From: Octopus sinensis
Taxonomy: Eukaryota
Assembly (NCBI RefSeq): GCF_006345805.1
Contig: NC_043002.1
Coordinates: 108,934,001-108,998,000, forward strand
Length of the DNA: 64,000 nucleotides
Reading direction: 5' to 3'
This document shows positions 1-11,317 of the stretch, in pieces. The notes beneath the pieces are model-generated. The model ran no database searches. It saw nothing but the letters and a program-made list of their open reading frames with translations, and had not been told where the DNA came from. Position numbers and translations under genes: made by a program. The first letter of the stretch is position 1, and every line of letters starts with the position of its first letter.

Positions 1-281
1 TATGGTAAATTTTTTTTTAAATCGTTGACTCATCGTAGACATTTTTAGAGAGTTACTTCCCTTATATTTAAAAAATATGCATTAAAATGGAAAAAAATTA
101 TGGTAAATTATTTTTTAAATCGTAGACTCATCGTAGACGCGCGCTAATACCCAGAAGGGCTCGATATGAATCACGACTATAAGATACCCGGTTTTGGTTA
201 AACTGCACCGCAAAATGTGGGAGTAGTTAGGAATCTAAATCGGAGTAGACAGACACACAACCTTTCTTTTATATATAAAGA
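1..281 (-). mobile_element. Non-autonomous Helitron, 5' part (truncated by the window edge)
   Basis: 5' end A|TCTTTATATATAAAA at 281 and high similarity to 34216-34616. Confidence 0.85.
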
Positions 282-842
282 TTATGTTTATCTCAGACTA
301 CAGATTTCAAAGACTTCTTCCTTTTGTTTTTAGACAGCTGGCTATTATTTGAGGGAGGTGTGATGGTCATTTTTAACAAATGCAGCAAATTTATAGAAAC
401 TCCCTAAGTGGGTGGACCTGGAGGATAGATATGAAGGTTCATAAAAAATAGCCATTAATTTCTTCCAGATTTTAATCTTAGAGAGTAAAAACAGATTTCT
501 TTATATGACCAAACACAGCGGTTCTTAACATGTTCTTTGTAGCCCAGCCCCCTACTTTTAAATGGTTGTTATGCCTAGTGCTCCCTTAAGTGGAAAGTAA
601 GGTATCATGACTAAACTAACTTAACATGGATGATAATTTATAAATTTTACTCTAAAAATGGATTGATTAAGCTTTTAACAGGAAATGATAAAAAATTAAT
701 TAAGACAAAATTTTAAAATTTACTTTATACATCGCAAGTTAATGACTTCCTTGTACCTGATGAGATCTCGTTTTATTTTAATTATCATCACTAGGTTTAT
801 CTATAATATAATTACTACAATAGGTAAAATTTAGTATGCTAA

Positions 843-1564
843 CCCTTTTGTTATCAACTCAGCTGAAACCAGCTCTGGCCCTGAATACAAATGTTTTGTT
901 TTCATAAGTTTTGAATTAAAATCTTCCACCAAACCTTAGTCACAATTTCTGTTCGTAACACCAGCTCAATGATAACTAAGTTATTTTCCTAAATTCTTTG
1001 TTATATCTAAAATTAATTGAAAGAAACACAGAGAATCTCAACAGAAATATGGTAACAAAAGGGTTAAAATATATAAAAGAGAAACAATTCTTAACCCTTT
1101 CATTACCAACCTGGCTGAATCCACCTCTGGCTCTGTAGTACAAATGCCTTGTTTTTTCGTAAGTTTTGAATTAAAATCTTCCACCAAACCTTAGTCACAA
1201 TTTATGTTCCTAACACTAGCTGAATGATAACTAAGTTATTTTACTAAATTCTTTGTTATATCTAAAATTAATTGAAAGAAACACAGAGAATCTCAACAGA
1301 AATATGGTAACAAAAGGGTTAAAATATATAAAAGAGAAACAATTCTTAACCCTTTCATTACCAACCTGGCTGAATCCACCTCTGGCTCTGTAGTACAAAT
1401 GCCTTGTTTTTTCGTAAGTTTTGAATTAAAATCTTCCACCAAACCTTAGTCACAATTTATGTTCCTAACACTAGCTGAATGATAACTATGTTATTTTACT
1501 AAATTCTTTGTCATTAATTGAAAGAAACACAAAGCATCTCAAAGTAAATACAGTAATAAAAGGG
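843..1564. mobile_element. Three tandem piggyBac-like MITEs (843-1063, 1095-1318, 1350-1564)
   Basis: TTAA|CCCTTT...AAAGGG|TTAA ends on each copy (the first left TSD reads CTAA) and identical spacers. Confidence 0.85.
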
Positions 1565-2196
1565 TTAATTATGTTACCTCACCTCTACCTAACATCCCCT
1601 TTGACATGCCCAATGCTTTCTTGGGGGGCAGTACTGCCTGTGTTGAGAACCTCTGGCCTAACATATCATCTGAGACGTATCAATTGAGAAGTGTCAAGTG
1701 TATTTGCATCAACCACTGATAGGAACAGTGTTGAAACAAGAGACTATTACAGATAAAAGTGACATGGTATGTCAATAAGAGATTGTAGAGTTGCTCTTAT
1801 GCAGAGAGCAGAGACAAAACAAGTGAATCATTCTTTTTGCTTTTTGTTACATAAAACAGTCAGAGGAAAACAATGGCTATGACATTTAGACACACACACA
1901 CACAGAGGGGAGCATATGTATGCATATGTTTATATATGTGTGATATGTACATGTGTGTGTGTGTGTGTGCATAATATGTAATAAGGTTATTGGATACTAC
2001 AGTGCTCAAGTGCTCTACAGCTTAAATCAGAAAAGGTTAAAAGAGGGGACACAAAGCACCCATAGAAGTCAAGCAGAAAAAGACAGCAACGGAAACTAAA
2101 AATACATGCACAATACACAGAATAAAACACAAAAAGAGAGAAGAGTTGACATCAGAAGTGTCATAAATAGAAAAGGGTGCATAAGTACATCAGGAA

Positions 2197-2713
2197 TCAT
2201 CATCATCATCGTCGTCATCATCATCATTTAACGTCCATTTTCCATGCTGGCATGGGTTGGACAGCTTGACAGGAAGCTGGTAAGGCCAGGGGCCACATCA
2301 GGTTCCATAGTCTGATTCAGCTTGGTTTCTACAGCTGGATGCCCTTCCTGACACCAACCATTCCACAGGAGTGAACTGGGTGCTTTTCATGTGGCACCTT
2401 GGTTTTAGGAACCCAATTCAATTATGGTGGGCAGTTATTCTCAAGCACAGCGTCTCAGTCCTCTGTCATCTCCTTCATAAGGTCCAGCATTTTGAGATCG
2501 GCCTTCAAAGCTTCATCTCCTGTTTTCATGGGTCTCCCTCTACTTAATTGATCTGCATTTCTTTAGGAAACTGTCCTCGTCCATCCACATCACATGACCA
2601 AAACCAGCAGAGTCTCCCCTCTTGCACACTGCATAGAATTCCTCAGAAAGCACAAACTTTTTGAAGGATGCAGTGTCCTTATAGCTAACAACTGGTTTGG
2701 GCAGATAATTCTC
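2197..2713 (-). mobile_element. RTE LINE 3' fragment
   Basis: ORF 2540-2731 contains FGHVMWMDEDSFLKKC. (CAT)n tail at 2197-2227. Confidence 0.75.
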
Positions 2714-3460
2714 ATCATCATCATTTAGCACCTACTTTCCATGCTGGCATGGGCTGGATGGTTCAACTGAGGACTGGCAAGTTAGACGGCTGCACCAGGC
2801 TTCAATCTGATTTGGCAAGGTTTCTACAGCTGGATGCCCTTCCTAATGCCAACCACTCCGAGAGTGTAATGGGTGCTTTTTACATGTCACTGGTACGGGG
2901 GCTAGTCAGGTGGCACTGGCATCGACAATGCTCAAATGGTGCTTTTTACATGCCACCAGTACGGGAGCCAGTCAGGCGGCACTGACGTCGACCACACTCG
3001 AATGGTGCTTTTAACATGCCGCCAGCACAGGGGCCAGTCAGGTGTCGCTGGTATCGACCACGCTCGAATGGTGCTTTTTACATGCCACCAGCACAGGGGC
3101 AAATCAGGCAACACTGGCATCAACCATGCTTGAATGGTGCTTTATATGTATCACCGGTATGGGAGCCAGTCAGGTGGCACTGACATCGACCACACTTGAA
3201 TTGTGCATTTTACGTGCCACCAGCACGAGGGCCAGTCAGGCAGCACTGGTATCAACCATGTTCAAATGGTGCTTTTCACATGCCACTGGCATGGGACCAG
3301 TCAGGTGGCACTGGCATCGACCATGCTCAAATAGTGCTTTTTACATGCCACCAGCATGGGAACCAGTCAGGCTGCACTGGCAACAGCCACGTTCAAATGG
3401 TGCTTTTTACATGCTACCAACACGGGAGCCAGTTAGGCAGCACTGGCATTGATGCTTTGA
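2714..3460 (-). mobile_element. RTE 3' UTR copy containing nine tandem 66-bp units
   Basis: Shared tail (TTTCCATGCTGGCATGGG...CTACAGCTGGATGCCCTTCC). Units start at about 2872, 2938, 3004, 3070, 3136, 3202, 3268, 3333 and 3399. Confidence 0.85.
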
Positions 3461-3984
3461 AAATTCTCAGCAGGATCCTCTCAAAGTGAAATTGATAAGA
3501 TTTTGACACTTACAAGTTGGAGTAGTTGGTGAAGCCTATGGGTGGATGTTTATACTTGTTGTGGTGTGCAATGTTAGAAGTGATAGTATCTGAGTATTGA
3601 GAAGCAAGAAAGAGTTGCCAACAGGAAGATCATCCAGTCAGCCAACTATGTTTGACAATATAGCTAAGTGGGGGATGGTTAACATACTTCATATAGTGAG
3701 TCAATAAGAAATGTTACTGAACAGACAAGTCGTTGGTGCTAACGATAATTCTTGTTAAGAGTGACAAGGAAGACAACTCTGATCAAAAACTGAATGGTTG
3801 CTTACTGTGGAGATTGAGTTTGATCTTTGAGAAGTAGGGTGACAACTCCAAACATGCTTCAACCTTATTAAACCTCCTCATCTAAGCTAATGGTAACCAG
3901 TCTAATCAACAATAGTACATGCAATAATTAAGGTTATTCAGTAACAACTATTAAATAAACAAACACAAAATGACATCCACTTAC

Positions 3985-4104
3985 TTTGTTGCCACACCAA
4001 TCACAGAAACGGGCATCAGCATTGTTGATGCGAAGACATTTTGAACATTTTACAAACTTTGATTCAAGTGGTATGTCTTGCTGCTTTACACTGTCAGGAA
4101 ATTT
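3985..4104 (-). CDS. DZANK1: DZANK1 coding exon 9, zinc ribbon (KFPDSVK...CSKCLRINNADARFCDWCGNK); gene continues beyond the left edge
   Basis: CxxC-NxxxAxFCxWCG motif. Acceptor TTTATTCAG, donor GTAAGT. 120 bp, phase 0 to 0. No further zinc-ribbon or ankyrin exon was found in 1-3984. Confidence 0.92.
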
Positions 4105-4319
4105 CTGAATAAACAAATAAAATAAATAAATAATTAAATAAAACAAATGTTAAAAATCTGAAAATTTTTTAAAATTTCTTAAAATGTTAGGTAGTCCCTA
4201 CAAGATTACTCAACCTGCTAGTAATGACAGTTAAATCTCCCTTGAATAACATCCTACTTCTGTTTTAAAAAAACAAGAAAAAAGGACACATTGGATATTG
4301 TAATTAAACACAGAAAAAT

Positions 4320-5045
4320 CAATAGGAACTTGCCATGAGGAGTGGAAAATCCAATGTTTCTGACAGTTTCCTTCTTCAGCAAAAATTTGAAAAGAGAGAA
4401 ATTAATGAGAGACAACAGAGTTATACATATTCAAAGTTTTAAAAAACTGGTTGCGGCTGATAAGGAATGCAGGACCAACTGAGTTTCATACAAGAACAAG
4501 AAGTGTTGGGAGAAAATGCGAGAAGGAAAAGGCAAAAGGAATGGAATGAGAAGAAGCAGGCAAAGCTGAGAGTGAAGTGATGGAAAAAGATGAGGTGAGA
4601 GGGGAGCTGAAGGATGAGAATGGGTTTGGTGAACCAAGAAGAGGTAGAAGGGAAAAAAAAGCCCGTTTATTTAAATTTGTTAGTGACATGGTGCCAAGTT
4701 CAAATATGAAACACTGTTCCCGTCGTTTCCTTGAGAATGTGGATCCATACGTGATGCTGTGATACATTAAGTGATGGAATGGCCTGTAGCATTCGGGTGG
4801 GTGAGGACAAGTTGGCTTTGCAAAGGTAGTACATTTCAAATATGCACCCAAATGCAATCAGCAAAGCACAACAAAGTTTGTGTATGACACAATATATAAT
4901 GTTAAACGATGTGCAACAGAATTTCTGAATAATATGGCATTGTGTCTTAAGCCCAGTGATGGTAGTAGTATTATTAATGTAAGGGCAGATTTTGCATTGT
5001 TGACAAACACATTTAAAAGTGCCAGGTCCCCATAGCAACACCACT
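4320..5045 (-). mobile_element. Penelope-like element remnant: GIY-YIG endonuclease plus pyrimidine-rich 3' end with a degenerate hammerhead
   Basis: Minus frames give CKICPYINNTTTITG...FCCTSFNIIYC and RKRREQCFIFELGT..NLN. The reverse complement near 4350-4380 reads CTGAAGAAGGA..TCAGAAAC. Confidence 0.75.
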
Positions 5046-5049
5046 GACT

Positions 5050-5965
5050 TGTTTGTAAGATTCCCCAATTATGCCAAACACTTTGCAGGCCATATTAAAG
5101 AGCAAGTCTTTGCTCAATTCACCAGACCCATCCCAAAGTTACATGGTTCAACCTGTCACAGCCCACTTCAACACTACAGGCCATTCCATCACTTACTTAT
5201 CACTGTGTGTGGCATTACCACATACCATGGGTCCACACTCTCAACGAAACAGAAGCAATGTGATGCCTGTACCGGTGGCATGTAACAAGCACTATCCGAA
5301 CGTGGCCGATGCCAGTGCCACCTTGACTGGCTTCCGTGCTGGTGGCACGTAAAAAGCACCAACCAATCATGGCCGTTACCAGCCTCTCCTGGCACCTGTG
5401 CTGGTGGCATGTAAAAAGCACCCACTACACTCATGGAGTGGTTGGCATTAGGAAGGGCATCCAGCTGTAGAAACACTGCCAGATCAGATTGGAGCCTGGT
5501 GCAGCCTCCTGGCTTCCCAGACCCCAGTCGAACCGTCCAACCCATGCTAGCATGGAAAACAGACGTTAAACGATGATGATGATGATGAATTGTCACCATG
5601 TCACTGACAGGTTTAAATGAACATTTTTTTTCCTTTTACCCACCCCCTACACTTAATGCATCAAATCCTTTCTTATCCTTCAGCTTCGCTCCCACCTCAT
5701 CTTTTCCCATCACTCTCAGCTTTGCCTGTTTCTCCTCATTTCATTCCTCTTTCCTGCTCACACTGTTTCCCCTACCACTTCCTGTCCACGTATGAAGCTC
5801 TGATAAGGTCCTGTGTTCCTTATCAGTTGCAGCCAGTTTGTTTTAACTTAAAAGATGTAAAACTCTGCTGTCGCTCATTTATTTTTTTTCCTTCCAACTT
5901 TACTCTGAAGAAAGAATCTGTCCAAAATACTGGATTTCCCACTCTTCACAGCAAATTCACTATAC
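5050..5965 (+). mobile_element. Penelope-like element remnant, inverted relative to 4320-5045 and interrupted by an RTE tail at 5270-5588
   Basis: QPVTAHFNTTGHS GIY-YIG motif, homology to the reverse complement of 4330-4810, and a degenerate hammerhead CTGAAGAAAGA..TCC at about 5905-5925. Confidence 0.72.
5270..5588 (+). mobile_element. RTE 3' UTR fragment inserted into a Penelope remnant
   Basis: Shared RTE tail ending GACGTTAAACGATGATGATG. Confidence 0.85.
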
Positions 5966-6017
5966 TCTTTTTATCTATTTCACTTAGCAACAAAGACCAA
6001 CACCAGCCTCTTTGAAG

Positions 6018-6165
6018 TTTACATTATTTACATTTGACGGATATTTGTCTTCATCTTGTTTGTTGTTAATACGTTTCAAGTGCTATACCCTCCAGCCTTC
6101 ATCAGGTGTCTTGGGGAAATTTTGAACCTGGGTTCTCATTCCTAAGGTATTTTTCAATGTTATTC

Positions 6166-6210
<45 letters not shown>

Positions 6211-6273
6211 TCACTACCTGGAATCGAACTCAGAATCTTAGGGTTAGTAACCCACACTCTTAACCACTATGCC
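6018..6273 (-). mobile_element. tRNA-headed element with a hammerhead-like 3' module (minus copy, head-to-head with the plus copy)
   Basis: Inverted homolog of 6274-6540 with an (AAT)n tract. The reverse complement has CTGATGAAGGCTGG...GAAACGTA with an eroded stem II. Confidence 0.75.
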
Positions 6274-6540
6274 CATAGGCATATGGTGTAGTAGTTAAGA
6301 GCGTGGGCTACTAACCCCGAGTTCAATTCCAGGCAGTGACCTAAATAACAACAACGTCGTCGGCGCTGGCGGCGTCATCGAAAAATACCTTAGGAATGAG
6401 AACCCAGGTTCGAAATTTCCCCAAGACACCTGATGAAGGCTGTAGGTTATGTCAGCCGAAACATTATCTTAACAATAAACAAGATGAGGTCAAATATCCA
6501 TCAAATGTAAATAATTCCTTATCTCTTAAATACAGAACTG
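6274..6540 (+). mobile_element. tRNA-headed element with a hammerhead-like 3' module (plus copy)
   Basis: A/B-box head (TGGTGTAGTAG...GAGTTCAATTCC), short AAC/AAT repeat, then CTGATGA-A-GGCTG-loop-CAGCC-GAAA at 6430-6461. Confidence 0.75.
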
Positions 6541-6888
6541 CCTTTGAAGTCTGTTTGACATGCATGCACGCATGTATGCCCCCACACACGCACATACATA
6601 GATACATAAAATTAGATAATATAGTTCTTGACACACTATATCGAGAACTATGTCATCCATTGTGACCTTCCTATTTTTATGGTTAGCTATCAAGTAAGAG
6701 CAATTTGGCTACTATTTCTAGCATATTGTGCAACCACATATAAGCTGCCTCATTTGCCTAATTGTAGTGTCCTTTTAGATGTTTGTGGTGCATGCATGTG
6801 TGTGCATGCATGTGTGTGTATGCATGTGTGTGCATATGAATATGGCCGAGAGAGAGAAAAAAAAAGGGAAAAAGTAGAGGAATGGTTT

Positions 6889-7063
6889 ATTTACTCTTTT
6901 ACTTGTTTCAGTCATTTGATTGTGGCCATGCTGGAGCACTGCCTTTAGTCAAGCAAATCGACCCCAGGACTTATTCTCTGGGTCTCTTTTGCCAAACCGT
7001 TAAGTTACAGGGACGTAAACACACCAGCATCGGTTGTCAAGCAATGTTGAGAAACAAACACAA

Positions 7064-7099
<36 letters not shown>

Positions 7100-7264
7100 G
7101 ATGGGCTTCTTTCAGTTTCCGTCCACCAAATCCACTCACAAGGCTTTGGTTGGCCCGAGGCTATTGTAGAAGACACTTGCCCAAGGTTCCACGTAGTGGG
7201 ACTGAACCCAGAACCATGTGGTTGGGAAGCAAGCTACTTACCACACAGCCACTCCTGCACCTAT
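6889..7264 (-). mobile_element. tRNA-derived CORE-type SINE, family A
   Basis: Head GGCGCAGGAGTGGCTGTGTGG...GGTTCAGTCCC (A/B boxes), CORE-like CCTTGGGCAAGTG, an internal TA/TG microsatellite and an (AGTAAAAG)n tail. Confidence 0.88.
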
Positions 7265-7312
7265 TTGTTTGTTTTGTTTTTTTTTAAATCCTGTCAATGA
7301 ACAATATTTTAC

Positions 7313-7525
7313 CTTAAGGTCTGTGGCTGGAGAAAGTTTCGAGTCACAAATGACGCAAGCAGAGAGATTGCAAGGATTCGCAGTGCCACAGAGTTTGCAA
7401 ACAAGTCGGTCGGTCAACTTAATGCTGGCTTTGGGCTGATTCTGAACTGGAATTGGACCTTCGCATACAACACATGTTTCTGTGTTAAAAGGAACCAAAG
7501 AATTACAATAGATGCAATTACCCAT
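7313..7525 (-). CDS. DZANK1: DZANK1 coding exon 8, zinc ribbons (MGNCIYCNSLVPFNTETCVVCEGP...CKLCGTANPCNLSACVICDSKLSPATDLK)
   Basis: Strong match to [24 protein letters not shown]...CRACGTGNP. Acceptor TTGTTTCAG, donor GTAAAA. 213 bp, phase 0 to 0. Confidence 0.94.
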
Positions 7526-7840
7526 CTGAAACAAAGAAACAGAGAAAATACCGTTAGTTGATGTTCAAATAATATATTGTTTATTTTACTGAAGGCAAGA
7601 ATGTCAGAAACAAAAAAAAGCGTGAGGGAGAAAGATGTAAGAAAACTTCCAAAGGAAAGAAAAGGACTGAAAGAGTAAATTAGAGAAACAAATTGCACAA
7701 TTCGGTTGAATAAATAGAAGAGACGGTTGGTTATAGAAGATGCCTTAGGGTGGATTCAATGCTGCTGGTGCCGTTAGATTTGCATGGGTAGAATTCTTTT
7801 TTTAAACGAGTGAGTAAAAAGATCTTCAACAGACATTGGA

Positions 7841-8070
7841 TACTCTTTTACTTGTTTCAGTCATTTGACTGTGGCCATGCTGGAGCACCACCTTTATTGA
7901 GCAATTCGACCCCGGGACTTATTCTCTATAAGCCTAGTACTTATTATATCGGTCTCTTTTTGCCGAACCGTTAAGTTACGGGGACGTAAACACACCAGCA
8001 TCGGTTGTCAAGCAATGTTGGGTGGACAAACACAGACATACTAACATATACACACACATACTCATATATA
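7841..8070 (-). mobile_element. SINE family A, 3' half
   Basis: Homology to the other family A copies. Confidence 0.85.
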
Positions 8071-8283
8071 TTCAGCAACACATTTTGTTTTCGTGTGTGC
8101 TCTTGCTCCACTTACTCCAGTCTGTTCTTCTGTGATGTGTATCCTTATGTGCACATGCATTTGCATCCAAGTTTGTGTGTGTGTGTATGCTTGTGTGTGT
8201 GTCATTGTTATTAAAAGCAGCTTGCAATGCAAATTGATAAATAAAATACCTATTTCATTCTTAATGTGTTCCAGCAGATTTGA

Positions 8284-8778
8284 ATCATCATCATCATCGT
8301 TTAACGTCGGCTTTCCATGCTGGCATGGGTTGGACAGTTTGACTGAGGACTGGTGAGCCAGAAGGCTGCACCAGGCTCCAATCTGATCTGGCAAAGTTTC
8401 TACAGCTGGATGCCCTTCCTAACGCCAACCACTCCAAGACTGTAGTGGGTGCTTTTACATGCCACGGTCATGAGGGCCAATCAGGCAGTTCTGGTTACAA
8501 CCACACTCAAAAGGTGTTTTACATGCTACCTGCACGGTAGCCAGTCTGGCGGCACTGGCAACAACCATGCTCAAATCTTGTTTTTTACGTGCCACCGGCA
8601 CATGTGCCAGTAGGGCAACGACTGCGCTCGAATGGTGCTTTTTACGTGCCACCAGCATGGGAGCCAATCTGTGACCCTGGCAACGATCATGCTCAGATGT
8701 GCTTTTAACATTTCACTGGCATGAGTGCCAATCAGGCGGTACTTTCATCGGCCATGTCAGTGATTTTGATTTGATTTG
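8284..8778 (-). mobile_element. RTE 3' UTR fragment with 66-bp-type units
   Basis: (CAT)n, the shared tail and GGTGCTTTTTAC-type units. Confidence 0.85.
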
Positions 8779-9191
8779 ACTCTTTTACTCTTTTACTTGT
8801 TTCAGTCATTTGACTGCGGCCATGCTGGAGCACCACCTTTAGTCGAGCAAATCGACCCCAGGACTTATTCTTTGTAAGCCCAGTACTTATTCTATCGGTC
8901 TCTTTTGCCGAACCACTAAGTGACGGGGACGTAAACACACCAGCATCGGTTGTCAAGCAATGCTAGGGGGACAAACACAGACACACAAACATATACACAC
9001 ACACTTATATATATATACATATATATGACAGGCTTCTTTCAATTTCCGTCTACCAAATCCACTCACAAGGCATTGGTCAGCCCGGGGCTATAGCAGAAGA
9101 CACTTGCCTAAGATGCCACACAGTGGGACTGAACCCGGAACCATGTGGTTGGTTAGCAAGCTACTTACCACACAGCTACTCCTGCGCCTAT
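8779..9191 (-). mobile_element. SINE family A, full length
   Basis: Head to tail homology. Confidence 0.9.
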
Positions 9192-9962
9192 AAATATATA
9201 TTAATCACTGTTTGTATTGAACCTCACTACATTGATATTGATTTTATCAATTGAGTCAGGAGGAAAATTAAAATTGATCTGAATGAAACAAGAAGGGGAA
9301 GACGATATCCAAGATGCACCAGCAAAGTGAACTCACATCCACAAATTTGATTCACAATTTAAACCTTTTGTTACCATATTTCTGCTGAAATACATTGTCT
9401 TTGTTTCACTTAATTTTGAAGAATTTAGTTTTTAAAAATCCTTCGTCGTTATTAAGCTAGTGTTTGGAACATAAATATACATGAAATTTTGATGGGTGGT
9501 TTTAATCCAGGTCACATCCTAGAACCAGGGTGTAATCTCAGCCAGGTTAAAACAATTTTTTCCTATTGCTGCTATCTTCAAACAGTTTTCTCCTCCAACC
9601 ATATCTGCTTCCCTTATACTTTTACCTCTGCTAAGCTATTACTCTGTTTGCGCTGCCTGTGATTAATGACATCAATAACAGTTGATAGATAAGGTGGGTT
9701 GGTATAAAAAAAAATCGATTTACTCTTCTCAGTCAATCATTAGTCACATTTGTTTGTTAGAAATAGTAGCTGTAGCAAGGCACAATACCTCGCAATCTTA
9801 AAAAGTAGGACACACTGCATAATGTAGCACTAGATGCACTATACCTGAAGAGAAAAGACAAGATGGTCATGGCTAGAACCCCATTGATCAGTTTTGCCCA
9901 GTCACAACTGACCAAGGGCTGAACGACAACAACAATAACAACAGCAACACCTAAAATATCAC

Positions 9963-10080
9963 CTGTCCTGGTTCTGGCGGTAGTAATCGATTCTGAGGAA
10001 GTGGTGGAACTTCTCTGCCACAAACGTTACAGAACTTCGCACATGGATCAGCTGGTCGGTCAGCAAAGCAGTAGACACAC
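9963..10080 (-). CDS. DZANK1: DZANK1 coding exon 7, zinc ribbon (CVYCFADRPADPCAKFCNVCGREVPPLPQNRLLPPEPGQ)
   Basis: CxxC...FCxxCG double zinc ribbon resembling [21 protein letters not shown]. Acceptor CTCTTCCAG, donor GTGATA. 118 bp, phase 2 to 0. Confidence 0.93.
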
Positions 10081-10665
10081 CTGGAAGAGAGAAGATTTTC
10101 CTTTATTCATTCAAGACGAGACATCTGTGAACACATGTTTGGATTGCAACTCATCTGAACAAAACTATGATGTCATGGTTACACTGTCTGTAAGCTCTGC
10201 ACTTTCAAAGTCCTGAAGAATAAAAAAAATTACCTCTAACTTGAGAAAACAGGTAAGGGTTGGTGACAGGAACAGCATTCCACCAGAAAATATAGCCTCA
10301 GTAAGTCTTTGGCTAACACATGCCAGCATGGAAAAACAGATTTAGAAGGAAAGCAAACCAATGATTTATATATACGAAGAAAGAGAGAATTGAGGAATAA
10401 GAGATCAAAAGAGGACCTTACTGTTTTGAGCCCTGGGACACATAGGGCCAATTACCCCATTTCCATGGTATGTAAGTAGCTGAGACAACATTCCCTTTGA
10501 ACAGAATGCCAGTCCATTGCAGAATTACTTATTTACAGCTGAGCAGAATGGAATAACAAGAAATGAAGTAGTTTGCTAAAGAACACAACATACTACCCAG
10601 TCTGGGAATCGAAACCATGATCTTGCAATTGTGAGTGCAATACCCTAACCACTTGGCCACACAGT

Positions 10666-11112
10666 TGTAGCGTAACTGATATCCTCACTGTTTGAGAGAC
10701 ATATTAAGAATGATCTCGTGTGAGATTACAACCATCTTTGGCTAGTTTGACCCTGTTGTGTCCACTGCACTGATTGGTTGGCATTTGGCACAGTTTGTCT
10801 TTCGACTTATTTCGTGCCAGTGTGTAAGCCAACCAATCACGGCCTTCGGATAAGGTCTGCTTCATTTGAGCCTACCCCAGGCTTTAAAAGGGCAAGATCA
10901 ACAGTCTTCCGGGTCTTTGGCTCTAGACCTTCTAAGGTCTAGTCACTGACCACCAAGCTACTCAGCCGTGTTCCAGTTTCAGCGACAGACGACCAGCCAG
11001 CCATGATATTTTATATCATGTATTTGGCTTCTTATTCTGTTAGGGGCGACTGTACGGCGTTAAAAAGGAGACATTTGTCACCAATTCCTTACATACGGTC
11101 GTGTTCCCTACA
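10666..11112. mobile_element. Solo LTR (447 bp)
   Basis: Termini TGTAG...CTACA with a 4-bp TSD CAGT (10662-10665, 11113-11116). Internal CCAAT and TTTAAAA motifs. Confidence 0.75.
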
Positions 11113-11186
11113 CAGTCATGTAAAATAAAAACAGAAAACATGATATAAAGTAAAGAAATGTCTTGTAAAAATAACCAAAATCTTAC

Positions 11187-11317
11187 TTAAGGAAATCTGT
11201 TTGTCTTTGAAGTCGATAAATTTCTTTTGGGTTGTTTGGTGCTTTGTGTGGTTCTGGGATTCCTTTCCATTCTGATGCTGATAATTGGTCAGCTATGGTC
11301 TGAATCTGGTAGGTACG
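11187..11317 (-). CDS. DZANK1: DZANK1 coding exon 6 (RTYQIQT...KEIYRLQRQTDFLK)
   Basis: EIYRLQRQTDFLK corresponds to EIMRIQRETDFLK. Acceptor TTGTTCTAG, donor GTAAGA. 131 bp, phase 0 to 2. Confidence 0.92.

Noticed and set aside
2872-3460. CRISPR-like regularly spaced repeats
   Set aside because: The whole 66-bp unit is homologous, so there are no unique spacers. It sits in a eukaryotic LINE 3' UTR and there are no cas genes.
3508-3830. Next DZANK1 exon near strong minus-strand donors (3508-3513 and about 3800)
   Set aside because: The frames examined have stops or lack the expected CxxC zinc ribbon.
6274-6345. tRNA gene
   Set aside because: Incomplete cloverleaf and a non-standard anticodon loop. 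It is the head of a repeat, as are the other tRNA-like heads in the window.
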